A stretch of DNA of 64,000 nt from Lepidodermella squamata (lineage: Eukaryota; Animalia; Gastrotricha), in assembly GCA_047495785.1 (NCBI GenBank), contig JBLDXI010000001.1:3038001-3102000 (forward strand), read 5' to 3'. Under the pieces are notes generated by a model. That model did not search any database, was not told the DNA's origin, and was given only the letters and a program-made list of their open reading frames with translations. Below are positions 14,428-25,773 of the stretch, piece by piece. The first letter of the stretch is position 1, and each line of letters starts with the position of its first letter. The position numbers were made by a program, and so were the translations under genes.

Positions 14428-15520
14428 GGAAGCGGTGGGTCAAAGGATCGCCCCGAAGCGAACCCAGTGGAAAAATCGCCATTTTTCATTAATTTTATTT
14501 TGCATTAAGATATGTTTTATCAGCTTTTTCTTGTATCAAGAAAGCCGAAAAACGACTCAATTTAAATAACCGTGAGGTATTTTTGAAGATTTTTCCGCCG
14601 CGCTTTTTTTGCTGCTGCTCCCCAATCTATCTTGGCTTTTGGGCGCCGTTGACAGCGGCTACCTGTGTTCTTCCGCTAGGTTTTCAGCTCTGATGTCCAT
14701 CGTTGGTAGCTGCAGCCAGAATTGGTCGCTTAACTCCCGCCGCTTTTATCGCGATAGCTAATTCAATAATCTGCTGTTGGCTTGATGCTTGATGCTGTTT
14801 GCTGTTTCATGTATCCATTCTCTGCCTTACTAGTTACTAAAGACTAAGAGTCACCAGAAGATATGCTGGCGATTTCTCTGATAAATCCATCCAACCAGCC
14901 TTCGGGTTATTTGCTACTATTTTTCTGCCATTTAATTTTGAATAACAAGGGTATATCTGAAACCTAAATTATAGAATCTAACTTATTCCTCGCCCTCATT
15001 TCTCGTCTCCCCTTTTAGCAGAAGTAGATGCGTTTCGATTTGCGAATATTTGTCTGGTATAGTCGAGCCAGTCACTTCAATAATTTTTTTACGAGCTGAC
15101 GTTTCTCCTTTCAATTTTTGTCAACCTGAAAACAAGCATTTCTCCTGGGAACTTCATGAGTAACATCGCGTATCGCATTGAAGCATTATTATTGTGAGAC
15201 CTATTCTTCTATCTTTTAGCTTGTCAACAATTTCCTGGTTACACCATCATTCATTCCTCAATGGCGCAGAGTAGTTCACCCGAACTCATAATTTTTAAAA
15301 GTTAGTCGTCAGATAGGGTGACCTCGCATGAAGTTCTTGGTTGCTTATCACGAGTTCCAAGTTCCCTTCTAGTTTGCCGCCCTGTTCACGTGGCGAATTT
15401 TTTGTCCGCTATGATTTGTGTCTTACATTGGCTCGTATCACTATGCTTAATGACAGTTATTTTACGCAGGTTTTTGTTAATTTACCATTGTTTTCACGGC
15501 TGGTTGAAATCACTTGAGAA

Positions 15521-18500
15521 ATGCCTGTCGTGAAAGGTGAAGGAATGCGCGGCTTAGCCGTTTTCATTTCTGATATTCGAAACTGTAAGTAATACGTGAA
15601 CATATCATTCACATACTAACTGTTATTTTCGATTCAGGCAAAAGTAGGGAAGCCGAGATCAAAAGAATAAACAAAGAGCTGGCCAATATTCGCAGCAAGT
15701 TCAAGGGTAATTTTATATTTTTTTCAATCAGCTCATGACAATTTTCGGCATGGTTAACAGGAGACAAGACTTTGGATGGTTACCAGAAGAAAAAGTACGT
15801 GTGCAAGCTTCTGTTCATCTTCCTTCTGGGCCATGATATCGATTTTGGTCACATGGAAGCTGTCAATTTGCTGTCTTCCAACAAGTATACTGAAAAACAG
15901 ATTGTAAGTTCCGAAATAATTATGCTTGAAACTATCTATTATTTAATATTTCAAGGGCTATCTGTTCATATCCGTCCTGGTTTCGGCCGGCTCAGACCTT
16001 ATGCGTTTAGTCGTCCAGGCCCTGAAGAACGACATCCAGTCTCGCAACCCCATTTTCGTCCAATTGGCCCTGCAATGCATCGCTAACATTGGAAGCCGAG
16101 ATATGGCTGAATCTTGCGGTTCAGAAATGCCACGCCTTCTCTGCGCCAGCGACACAATCGACGAAGTAAAGCAAAGCGCGGCTCTGTGCCTTCTCCGCCT
16201 CTTGCGATCAGCACCTGACCTAATTCCGATGAACGAATATGCCAGTCGTGTTATTCACTTGCTGAACGATCAAAACGTCGGAGTTGCGACTTCAGCTGTC
16301 AGTTTGATTGAAATGCTGGCCCAGCGCAACCCGGACGAATACAAATCGTGCATTCACCTCGCTGCTGGTCGCCTCACTCGAATCGTGGCCGCGACTAACA
16401 ACGATTTGCAAGACTACACGTACTACTTTGTACCGGCGCCATGGCTCTGCGTTAAGCTGCTGAAATTGTTGCAAAGTTTCCCGCCTATCGGTTAGTTCTC
16501 ATGTCAAATTTTGTGACAGTTTTAAACCAGGGATTAAAAGAATATAACCCCCGAAAATTGCGGTTTCGGCTTAGTGAGAAGTCGAGTATTTCGCGGGCCG
16601 AACTTACTTGCCTCGTTTTTGTTGTTGTTATACTATTTATTATCGGCATCACTTTGGCGCGTCCGCAGTCGCGATGATCGATCGATTTCCGTTCTTTTCA
16701 CGACAGCCGCGTGTATAAAATCTGCATGCGTGTAGATAATTTCACTGCGCAGCAAATTCGCAGCCACAAGAGAACGGCTCTTTGCGTTATTAGTCTATGG
16801 CCACACTGGAGCTTATTACTACACACAACGAGTTGCAGCTTTTGATAGTCAGCAGTATTAGCAAGCGCGTTGGGGTCTATATTCACAATGTCCACGATGT
16901 CAATCGATTATGATATATTCCAGTACGCACTAGTTTCCTATCCGCAATTTGATTAATAAATATCGACACTTCTTGATTTTGACGTCCACGCAAATGGTCA
17001 ATATTTGGCTCCTCTACTGCAAGAAAAAATGATACGAAGAAGAAGAAAAAATGAGTTTTCTTATGAAAAAATCAGAACGCGGAATTGATTAGGGATAATT
17101 GAATATAGGCCGGCCGTCTCTTGCATTTTTGAGCCCTTGATTCAATAAGATTCGATTTTAAATTTTTTATTTTCCGTATTTTAGAGGACGCCAGTGTTCG
17201 AACCCGGCTGACCGAATGTTTGGACGCGATTTTGACGCGCTCACAGGAGGCTCCGAAGTCGAAGAAGGTGCAGCACGCGAATGCTCGAAACGCCGTGCTG
17301 TTCGAGGCCATCAACCTCATCATCCACATGGACTGCGACCAGGCACTCCTCATCCGATCATGCAACATCCTCGGCCAACATTTGCAGAACAAGGAGACTA
17401 ATTTACGCTACCTAGCTATGGAGAGCATGTGTCTCCTCGCCGCGAGTGAATTCGCCCACGAGGCTGTGAAAAAGCATCAGGAGACAGTCATCACCGCGTT
17501 GAAGAACGAGCGAGACGTTTCAGTCCGTCAACGAGCTGTCGATCTGTTATACGCAATGTGCGACCGCTCGAACGCTGAGCAGATCGTGTCAGAGTTGCTG
17601 CGATACCTAGAAACTGCCGATTATTCAATCCGTGAGGAAATCGTGTTGAAAATCGCGATTTTAGCCGAGAAATACGCAAATGACTACGCGTGGTACGTCG
17701 ATACGATTTTGAACCTGATCCGAATTGCAGGCGATTTCGTCTCCGAGGAGGTCTGGTACCGCGTCATCCAAATCGTCATCAACCGCGAGGACGTTCAAAG
17801 TTACGCTGCGAAAATGGTTTTCGAGGCCCTGCAGGCCCCGGCTTGCCACGAGAATATGGTTAAGGTGGGCGGGTATATCCTGGGCGAGTTCGGTAATTTG
17901 ATCGCAGGCGATGCGAAATCGAGTCCGCAGATTCAGCTGCAGTTGCTGCATTCGAAATTTCACCTATGTTCCGTAGCAACTCGCGCTTTGTTACTCTCGA
18001 CCTACGTCAAATTCATGAATTTATTCCCCGAGTTGAAGCAGGATTTGCAGGATATTTTCCTGCAAGACGCGTTATCTCGCTCGGCTGATACCGAGCTGCA
18101 GCAGCGTGCGATTGAGTATTTGAGACTAGCGACTGCCGCTAGTTCGGACGTGCTAGCGACTGTCCTCGAGGAAATGCCGCCCTTCCCGGAGCGTGAGTCG
18201 TCGATTCTCGCGATTTTGAAGAAGAAAAAGCCGGATTTGGAGCGCGCGACCTCGGTCGGCAGGCCGCGATCGGCCGCGAAGTACGCCGAGGCGCCGGCGA
18301 ACGGGTCGTCCCCGGCCGCGGCAGCCGAGCCGCCAGCCGCCTCGAACGACCTACTCGGTCTGGGCACATCCGCCCCGGCCGCTCCGGTCAGTACTGTTCA
18401 GAGTGATTTGAACCAGCTGGTTGATATTTTCGATAATGTGACGTCGCTGGGCGGCAATGGCTCGACTAACCAGCCGGCTGCTGCGACATCCCCGCCTGCC

Positions 18501-21500
18501 TCGAAGGCGATCTACGGTGGGGTTGAGGTTTCGGCTGAGAAGCAGATTGATGAGAATTACTGGAAATTCGTCTGCAAACACAGCGGCGTCTTGCTCGAAA
18601 CCGACATTATTCAGGTGCGTCTTGAAAATTATTTACAAAAACATGATTCAAAATAATGAGAATTTTTGGGTGTAAGAGGAGCCTGATTTTCTGTGTGAGA
18701 GAACCCATATTTTTTAGGAAATGCAGGACCTATTCCATCCCGGACATATACCTGATCAAATTGGGCACTGTTATCATTGTAGAAACATATAGGCGAACTA
18801 TAGGTGTCTGATCGCAGAGGTTTCAATGCATCCAGCTGATGTGCTGCTTTTCAGTTAGAAACGCCTAACTGGAAACCAAATTGTTCGACATTAAGAGGGT
18901 GCTTTGGCCTCAGGGTGAAGCCAGGTGCGGAGGCGAGTACCAAGAATTTTCGAAAATAGTTTGGCATCACAAGGTTGAAGCCTTGTAGAGAAAATTACGC
19001 AGAATATTGCCGTACTTCATTCGATTTCGTTCTTTCGTTCTTTGAGAAAATAGCGAACTCTAGAAGTCACAGTGATGACAATTGATGAATTTGTTGATCA
19101 TGAATAAGAATTAGTGTGATCAAATTGACTTGGTAGCAATCGTCTATTGACCCATATGTCAATTGAAAGGGCGAAAGAAACAGTTCGGACAGATTTTACA
19201 GAAGTTGATTTGAATAGTTCCAAATTTCCGGCGACAAATTTATCAGCTATCGCGAATCTGGGTGCTTCTAATCGCCACTATTGAGCGACCAGCGTTCGAT
19301 CTTGCCTTGAACCGAAGTCTATTTTCACATTCATTTTCTTAGACACAGAATTGTCTTATTCATGCTATTTAATTAGCATAGTATAGTTTGCTAGCTGGGG
19401 TGAACAGAGAATAACCGCGTTTAAGAGGATGTGAAGCAGTCGGGGCAGCGGAACGATTAGAAGTACCCACGGTTCCGGTACTGGCATCAGGCATTATTAA
19501 TAACGATCTAGGTGGAAAGATACAATAATCAGTAATCTTCCAGAAACAGTCAAATAGTGTTCGAGAGATGAGAGATGACGAACGCTTGCACGAATTAATT
19601 CACTGAACGCGCAGATGAATAATCGTCAAGGCAGGAGTTGCTGTTACGAGCAATTTATCTAGAACGCAATTGGATCCGTAGAATCCACGCTGGGTCTTGG
19701 TTCCAGACCAGCTTATAAACTCTGGAGAGAACAAGCGATTCGCGTGGTTCAGATCACGTGCCTGGCGCAACGTGAATCTTGATTGTGTTGTGAGGGATCG
19801 ATAAATCACTCACGCGGGTAATAATCAATAATTACGTGAAGGTCGATTGGTCTCTACAGAGGATCACCTTCCGTTTCGTTTAAGAAGATAGACAGGTCGG
19901 CAGCATCAACGTCGTCAAGCTTTGGAGCAAATGTCGTCTTAATGGCCTTGGCGAAGTATTTTATTTTGCTGTTCAGCTGTTTTTGAGCCTTGTCGATTTG
20001 ATTATCGGCACCGAGTAATAATTAAGGTGTTCGCAGGGATTTATCCCATTATACTTCGGAAGGTCTATAAAGTAGAAACGAGCTAGTAAATAGGGGAAAT
20101 GTGACTTTGACCTGTCATGGATCCTAAGCTAAATCGTCGATGATATCCATAACAATTTCGTTTTGCTGTTCAGTTATTTTTGAGTTTTGTCGATTTGATC
20201 ATCACGACGCAGCGAGATGTTCACGCGGAATTATTCCATCAATATAAGTATAAAGCCTTCGCGGTATTTCATAATATTGTCGGCGGTAGGTTCACTGCCT
20301 CCCGGTATTTAAGAGGCGAACTGGACGGCAGAGCCATTTTTTTTTTTAACTCTAAAACGGCTCTCACAGCGGTGACCTTTCAGGAAACGGTGACTAATGC
20401 GGTTTACACTATGGATAAGGTAATTGGTTATCAAAATCATTTAGGGTGCCAAGAAGGGTCTGACATGTGAATTGACAACTTCTTCAACTCCTTCTCCAAC
20501 CTGTCAACCCTACTCTTACTGGCACTCAACAGCAGACTGGATGAGTTGTTGGCACTCTGATTCTTCCTGCCAGCCTCAACCTCTGCTGGTCCCTAACCCA
20601 AGAAGACTCCGGATCTCAGAGCCTCCACCATTGCGGTTGCTTCAGCCAGGTTCCAAGCGTGTTTGGCAGCAAACTGGGCTTTGACAGTCTTATCGGTTGT
20701 CCAATTGGCCTGCGGATTGCCCAACTCCCACACTGAGGTAGCCCCATACTTTGTGGTCCAGGCTCTCGATGCGGCAGGGTTAGCCTCAAGCTTAATCAGA
20801 GCGTGACCGATTAAGGCTAGTGCTGTGATGTTGGGGTTCCTTCTGATTGAGAGGCATGCTTCCTCTAACAGCCTCAGTTCGGCACCTGTCATCTTGTCAG
20901 CAACTGGTTTGGCCCCGCCAACCGCTGCCAGGTAGGCTGCCTTAGTCACAGCGTTCCTGACATTGATGCTCATTCCGTTGAGGTTCCTTGAAATCTGGAC
21001 GAAACTGGCACCCTGCAAGGCATCCAGGATGTCCTCCAGATTGAATTCAGCAAAGTTTACAGCATTGGCAGCAGCAGCCATTCTCTTAGCGATTCTTGCT
21101 TTGGTTGCCGGAATGGTTGACGTAACGATCGAGGAATTAAATACTTCAGATTTGTTGCGGAAACCAGAGACCATTTATTGCCGTCCTTCTCGCTACATCC
21201 ATCTGGTTATGGCTTGAAGAGTGTGAAACCAGCAGAATCATACAAATCTGAACATAGAAACCGGGAAATATCTTTGCGATAGCCCGCCAGCTCTCATGGT
21301 CTTTATCGATAAACATCACCTCAACGTAAATTCGCATCGTAGCTTCAGACACCGGTCTCGAAACGCTTCAAGACAAGCCTCAATGCTGACTTGATCATCT
21401 TTCTGGCATAGGAAAAATGCTACTGGTACATTCCTCCTCCCGTCTTTCGTCAGTCCTAAGACAGTGTATAAGGCGTAATGAAATGATGTGACGTTAGCGT

Positions 21501-22485
21501 ATGTAGCATCCATAAAAAACATGTCATGCAGGCGATCATCGCGAACTAGCGATTGCTGAAACTCAGTCATCATCTAAAGTGAATTGACGGGATGTTTTCC
21601 CGAAATCAACTTCACCTCAGAGAAAATCTAGGTCCATTTTAGAATTTCGGGAATTTCATTGTAAATGCCTGAAAATTTGAACTATTTTGGGATAATCTCG
21701 TGAAGCCTTTGTTTTTGCCACCAAAGATTCTTAAATCTTAAATTTGAAGTATCATTCTGGCCTAACCAATTAATTTGACTTGAATTCAACTTTCAAATGT
21801 CTAACATTGCACTCGAATTTTCTTGTAGGTTGGCGTCAAGGCCGAATACCGCCAAAACTTGGGCCGGCTGAACCTGTTCTACGGCAACAAGACGGACATG
21901 GCGCTGAGCAATGTCACCACTTCGATCCCGCCCGGCCAGGCCGTGCTCGCCGGCCCAATGTCCCTCGACCTGCGGCCGCTGTCGTCGAACACAATCGAAG
22001 GCAAGGCGCAGGTGAACCAGGTGCTGAACGTGGTGTGCGCAGCGCCGTTCGGCGAACCGCCCACCCTCCAGCTGTCGTTCTACTACTCGGGCGTGATGCA
22101 GCGATTCACCCTGAAAATCCCCGTCACCCTGAACAAATTTTCCGAGGGCACCGAAATGGAACAGGGCAAGTTCTTCGAGCGCTGGCGCCAGTTGGGCGCC
22201 ACGCACGAGGCGCAGCAGATTTTCCAGGCCGTCTACCCGAACCAGATGGAGGTCGACCAGGTGCGGACGAAGCTGACCGGCTCGGGCATGGGCCTGCTGA
22301 CCGGCATCGACCCGAACCCGGAAAACCACGTGATGGCCGGCATTATCCACACACAGTCGCAACTCGTCGGCTGCCTGGTCCGCCTCGAGCCGAGCCGGCA
22401 AACGAAGCTGTACCGGTTGACGGTGCGGACGAACAACGCTGAGGTGTCGAAAATTATCTGCGACCTCCTTAAATCACAGTTTTGA
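15521..22485 (+). CDS. AP2A: AP-2 complex subunit alpha (alpha-adaptin)
   Basis: [44 protein letters not shown] start, [14 protein letters not shown], trunk exon ~17185-18614 and appendage exon 21829-22485 ([13 protein letters not shown]...DPNPEN...YRLTVRT...LLKSQF*). Large intron at 18615-21828. Confidence 0.98.
20593..21081 (-). other. Candidate endogenous viral element: intact 162-aa ORF resembling a small RNA-virus nucleocapsid/coat protein
   Basis: Intronless Ala-rich helical [13 protein letters not shown]...[14 protein letters not shown]...SGVFLG* lying antisense in the AP2A intron. It is visibly CpG-poor relative to host exons, has 51 further open codons after its TAG, and an A11 run downstream (20337-20347). 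The viral assignment is inference. Confidence 0.5.
21190..21573 (-). mobile_element. Mutator-like (MULE) transposase relic with frameshifts
   Basis: FFMDATY (first catalytic Asp), LYTVLG..VPVAFFL, then after a frameshift VMFIDKD (second Asp), and after another frameshift [13 protein letters not shown] (CxxH motif of MULE transposases). Preceded by a splice-acceptor-like cactttag. Confidence 0.85.
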
Positions 22486-23704
22486 GCGAAAAAAATACGA
22501 CCGCCTTCCTTAATAATAGAGAACAAAAAATAACAACGAGTAAAATTGTCATTGCATGCGCTTTTTTCTATTAATAATATTTTGTAAAAAAAAATATCAC
22601 ACACATGGAGCAGCAGTAGCAGCCTTAAAAATAACGGTAGCTTTTCACTTTTAACGCGCTGTTACTGATGAGATTTCGTAAAGAAGGTGATGTAATTGTA
22701 CACTTTTTAATTATTCCGGCTATAAAAATTGTGAATCGAAGCTATTATCAACGTTGTGATTGCACTGGGAAATGAATATTAAAGATTATTATCAGCCGAA
22801 ATCTCTTATTGAAAAAACACTCCGATTCGCATCTATTGACTGTGCTATTATACTATTCATCATTATTAACATTATTTGTGACCAGGTCGTGCAATTAAAT
22901 TTTCCGTTGATGATGATAATGATCGCTTGATATTTTTCGTGTCACTTCGCGCCCGTCGTTGGTGTCTTTCTCTCTCTCGGCTATTTTTTGTCGCGCGCCT
23001 GTCTCTTTTCGACTGCCAGAAACAAACAGATAATAATTAACAATGCCACGCGTGCTAGTCCGAAGCGGTGGTTAAAAACCAACCCGGCTTGATACAATAA
23101 AATCGGAATTTTTCAGAGCGAGACGGCGCCTAGAAAACCGCGTTAAACGTGCTTGTTCGACTGCAAATATAGGTGATTTCTTTTCTTTTCTGTTTCGTCG
23201 TGTTGTGAGTGAAGCAATTCGTTTCGTCTACTGTGAAATTAATTATCACGCATGTTTTTTTCGGTTAATTTCAGCTTGAATAAATCGCGCTCATTTCTTT
23301 TCCCGTTAAAAAATAATTGTACTCTTTGCATCGATAAATTGAAAATAATATTCATCGCCTTGTATGGTGTTGCCCCCTGCGATAACAATAATTATACCTA
23401 GGTATGAACCATAAAATATGTGATGTTGACGTCTCGTCTTATTCCTCGTGGTAAATGTTGATTTTTTTCGGAGTATTTGAGCGAGACTAATAAATTTTGG
23501 CGACGATTTTGGCTTATTTGAATTGTAAGTTATCTGCTATGAAATATAGTTCGTGCGGTCTTATTGCCATGTTCTATTCTAATTCTTAAAATTATTATTA
23601 TAAATTGCATTCATATATTATTGATAATATTATAATATTATATATTAAAACAATTAGCGAAGAAATTGTAAGTAAAAAAATGCGTCAGAATTTTTTGTCT
23701 TTTT

Positions 23705-24150
23705 TTGATGAATTTAGTCACGAGACCGATGAAAACAGAAGAGAAAATATACGGCTACGAGCCTTTTGAAAATTGGAGAGCGTTTAATCATTATTCCTCA
23801 CCAGGTACATATCTGACCTTGTTTGTCGAAACATGCGAGTTCATTAGATCAGTTTTGAAACGTGATTTGGCAGAAGTAAAACGCCATTTCAGCCCAACTG
23901 AGGCACTCATGATGTCTGTAGATACAAGGTGACTTAAAAATTGTAGCATTAACAGCTGCTAAATCACCTGTTACCGTTTTAAGGCTGAAGGCTGAAGGCA
24001 AAACCCCGCTCTGGACAGCCGGTTACAATGGCCACAACGAAGTTGTTCGATTCCTAACAAAGGATGCACCATACACGGTTTCAACTGCAAAAACGGTAAA
24101 AATGGCTCTTTGAACAGCTGCTCACAATGGCCAATTCTGTCAGCGCCGTT
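23705..24150 (+). pseudogene. Decayed ankyrin-repeat gene fragment
   Basis: The frame from 23991 reads AEGKTPLWTAGYNGHNEVVRFLT, matching the ankyrin consensus GxTPLxxAxxxGHxEVVRxL. A second degenerate repeat follows (AL*TAAHNGQ). Stops and a 7-bp tandem duplication (gctgaag x2) break the frame. Confidence 0.55.
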
Positions 24151-24791
24151 TTCACCGGCAGATTCCTCACGATAGCAGCTTTCAAACGACACATTGAGCT
24201 TCGAAATCTAGAGCTTTGTTTATGAGGCAGCCTGGCTGATTTTTACGTGAAAAATTCTCACTAAGCGCCTGTCACAAAGCTGATCGAGGTTTTACAAGAT
24301 TGTTTCGAGTGATTGTATTCGAGTGCCTTTTACGGTCAAGTACCCCGCTTTGTCCCACTCGCTCTGACCTTGATAGAATTGATCGAATTCAGCGGTTTTT
24401 GACCTGGGCTGTATACATTCATTTAGAACAGATTCAGCCCAAGTTCGATTCTAAATATTATGCGAGTATTCTTTATTGAATCAAAATCAAGCCTTTTGTT
24501 GAACTCCCAAGATATGTTATATGTTTTCCATCATCAGGTATTTCAATGTTTCCTATTCATTATTTGACCTTGGGGTACTCTGCCACGCCCTCTTGTATGC
24601 CGCTTAGCGCTGATGAATCATCGAAATAAAAGTGCGCCCACGTTTTTGTTTGCAAATTGGTTTTGACAGAAATTATAATTAGCCGCAGTAGATTTTTTAT
24701 CGCCATGTGAGTGCCACGTGCTCGCTGACCACACAACTGTGTTTACCCGGTATTTAAGCGCCGGCTAGCTTATCACTTTTTATTACCACTA

Positions 24792-25055
24792 AGGTGCGTT
24801 TTTTATTAAAACCGAGGTGCTATTGTTCAGCGCTGTGATCAATTTTTCGGGGAGATTCGCAACAGAGAAATCACAATCGGCACGTCTTATCATGAACTGA
24901 CCGGCTCGAATTGCGGTCAAGGCTGGTCAGTAAAGACAAACCCCCGCGCGGATTAAGAACATTCGGCCGCGGCTAAACCGCGACATGGCTGTAATTAATT
25001 TACGACCATGCAACGTATGAACAATAGCACCTCGGTTTTAATAAAAAACGCACCT
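24792..25055. mobile_element. MITE with perfect 38-bp terminal inverted repeats and 3-bp target-site duplication (PIF/Harbinger-like)
   Basis: AGGTGCGTTTTTTATTAAAACCGAGGTGCTATTGTTCA at 24792 and its exact reverse complement ending at 25055, flanked by CTA on both sides. Confidence 0.85.
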
Positions 25056-25773
25056 CTAGTAGCAACGAGCTCATTTTAATTCATTATCTTTTCGGCTGGC
25101 CATTGGTTCTATTCGAGGTAAGATATTTGTTTCTTCAGTATTCGCTATCTTATTTTTCTACGATGATGATCTGCCTAATCCATTCTCTGATCGTTGGTGC
25201 CCAAAAAGCGAGTCGTCGCTAGGATCTCGGGTGATAGCAGCCACTCGCCGCCACGGTCTCGTTTTCAGGCCGGCTCGGTAGCTTGGCGAGGTTCTCTCGT
25301 TGGGCCCGGGTAGTCGAGGCGGCTGTTATCCGGCTAAAGCCCGTTCTCCGCGCTTCGGCAAGCTTTACCAACATGCAAATTTTAGAGCTCTGATTCCCTC
25401 CCTTTCATACAATTTACTCATTGCTATCAACAGATTTTTATTGTTTTTTATTCTAATTTTTGCAGACATGGCCGAAGGACAAATCAGCTTGCCGATTTTC
25501 ACAAATTGTTTATCACTAATTTCTTTTGAAAATAAAATGTTGTTGAAATTTGAAATTGTCTTTTTTACTAAACATCGTGCGGCGGTTGGATTTGTGTTAT
25601 TTATTTCTTAAAAACTGAAAAATCAAGTTTGGAGACGAGAGCGGATCATTTTGACTGGACACATCCTCGCAGTCATCAATAAGCATCAAGAATTCATGAA
25701 AAAATCACAGGATAAATCATCGATAGAAATTTGCTGATTCAGCGTCAAGTCGATCTAAATTTGTTTAAAATTC

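Noticed and set aside
21780-22442. Long alternative-frame and antisense ORFs (220 aa +, 202 aa -) over the last AP2A exon
   Set aside because: Expected shadows of very high GC3 coding sequence; the same applies to overlaps at 912-1458, 5478-6026, 8045-8528, 34671-35114 and 50390-51049.
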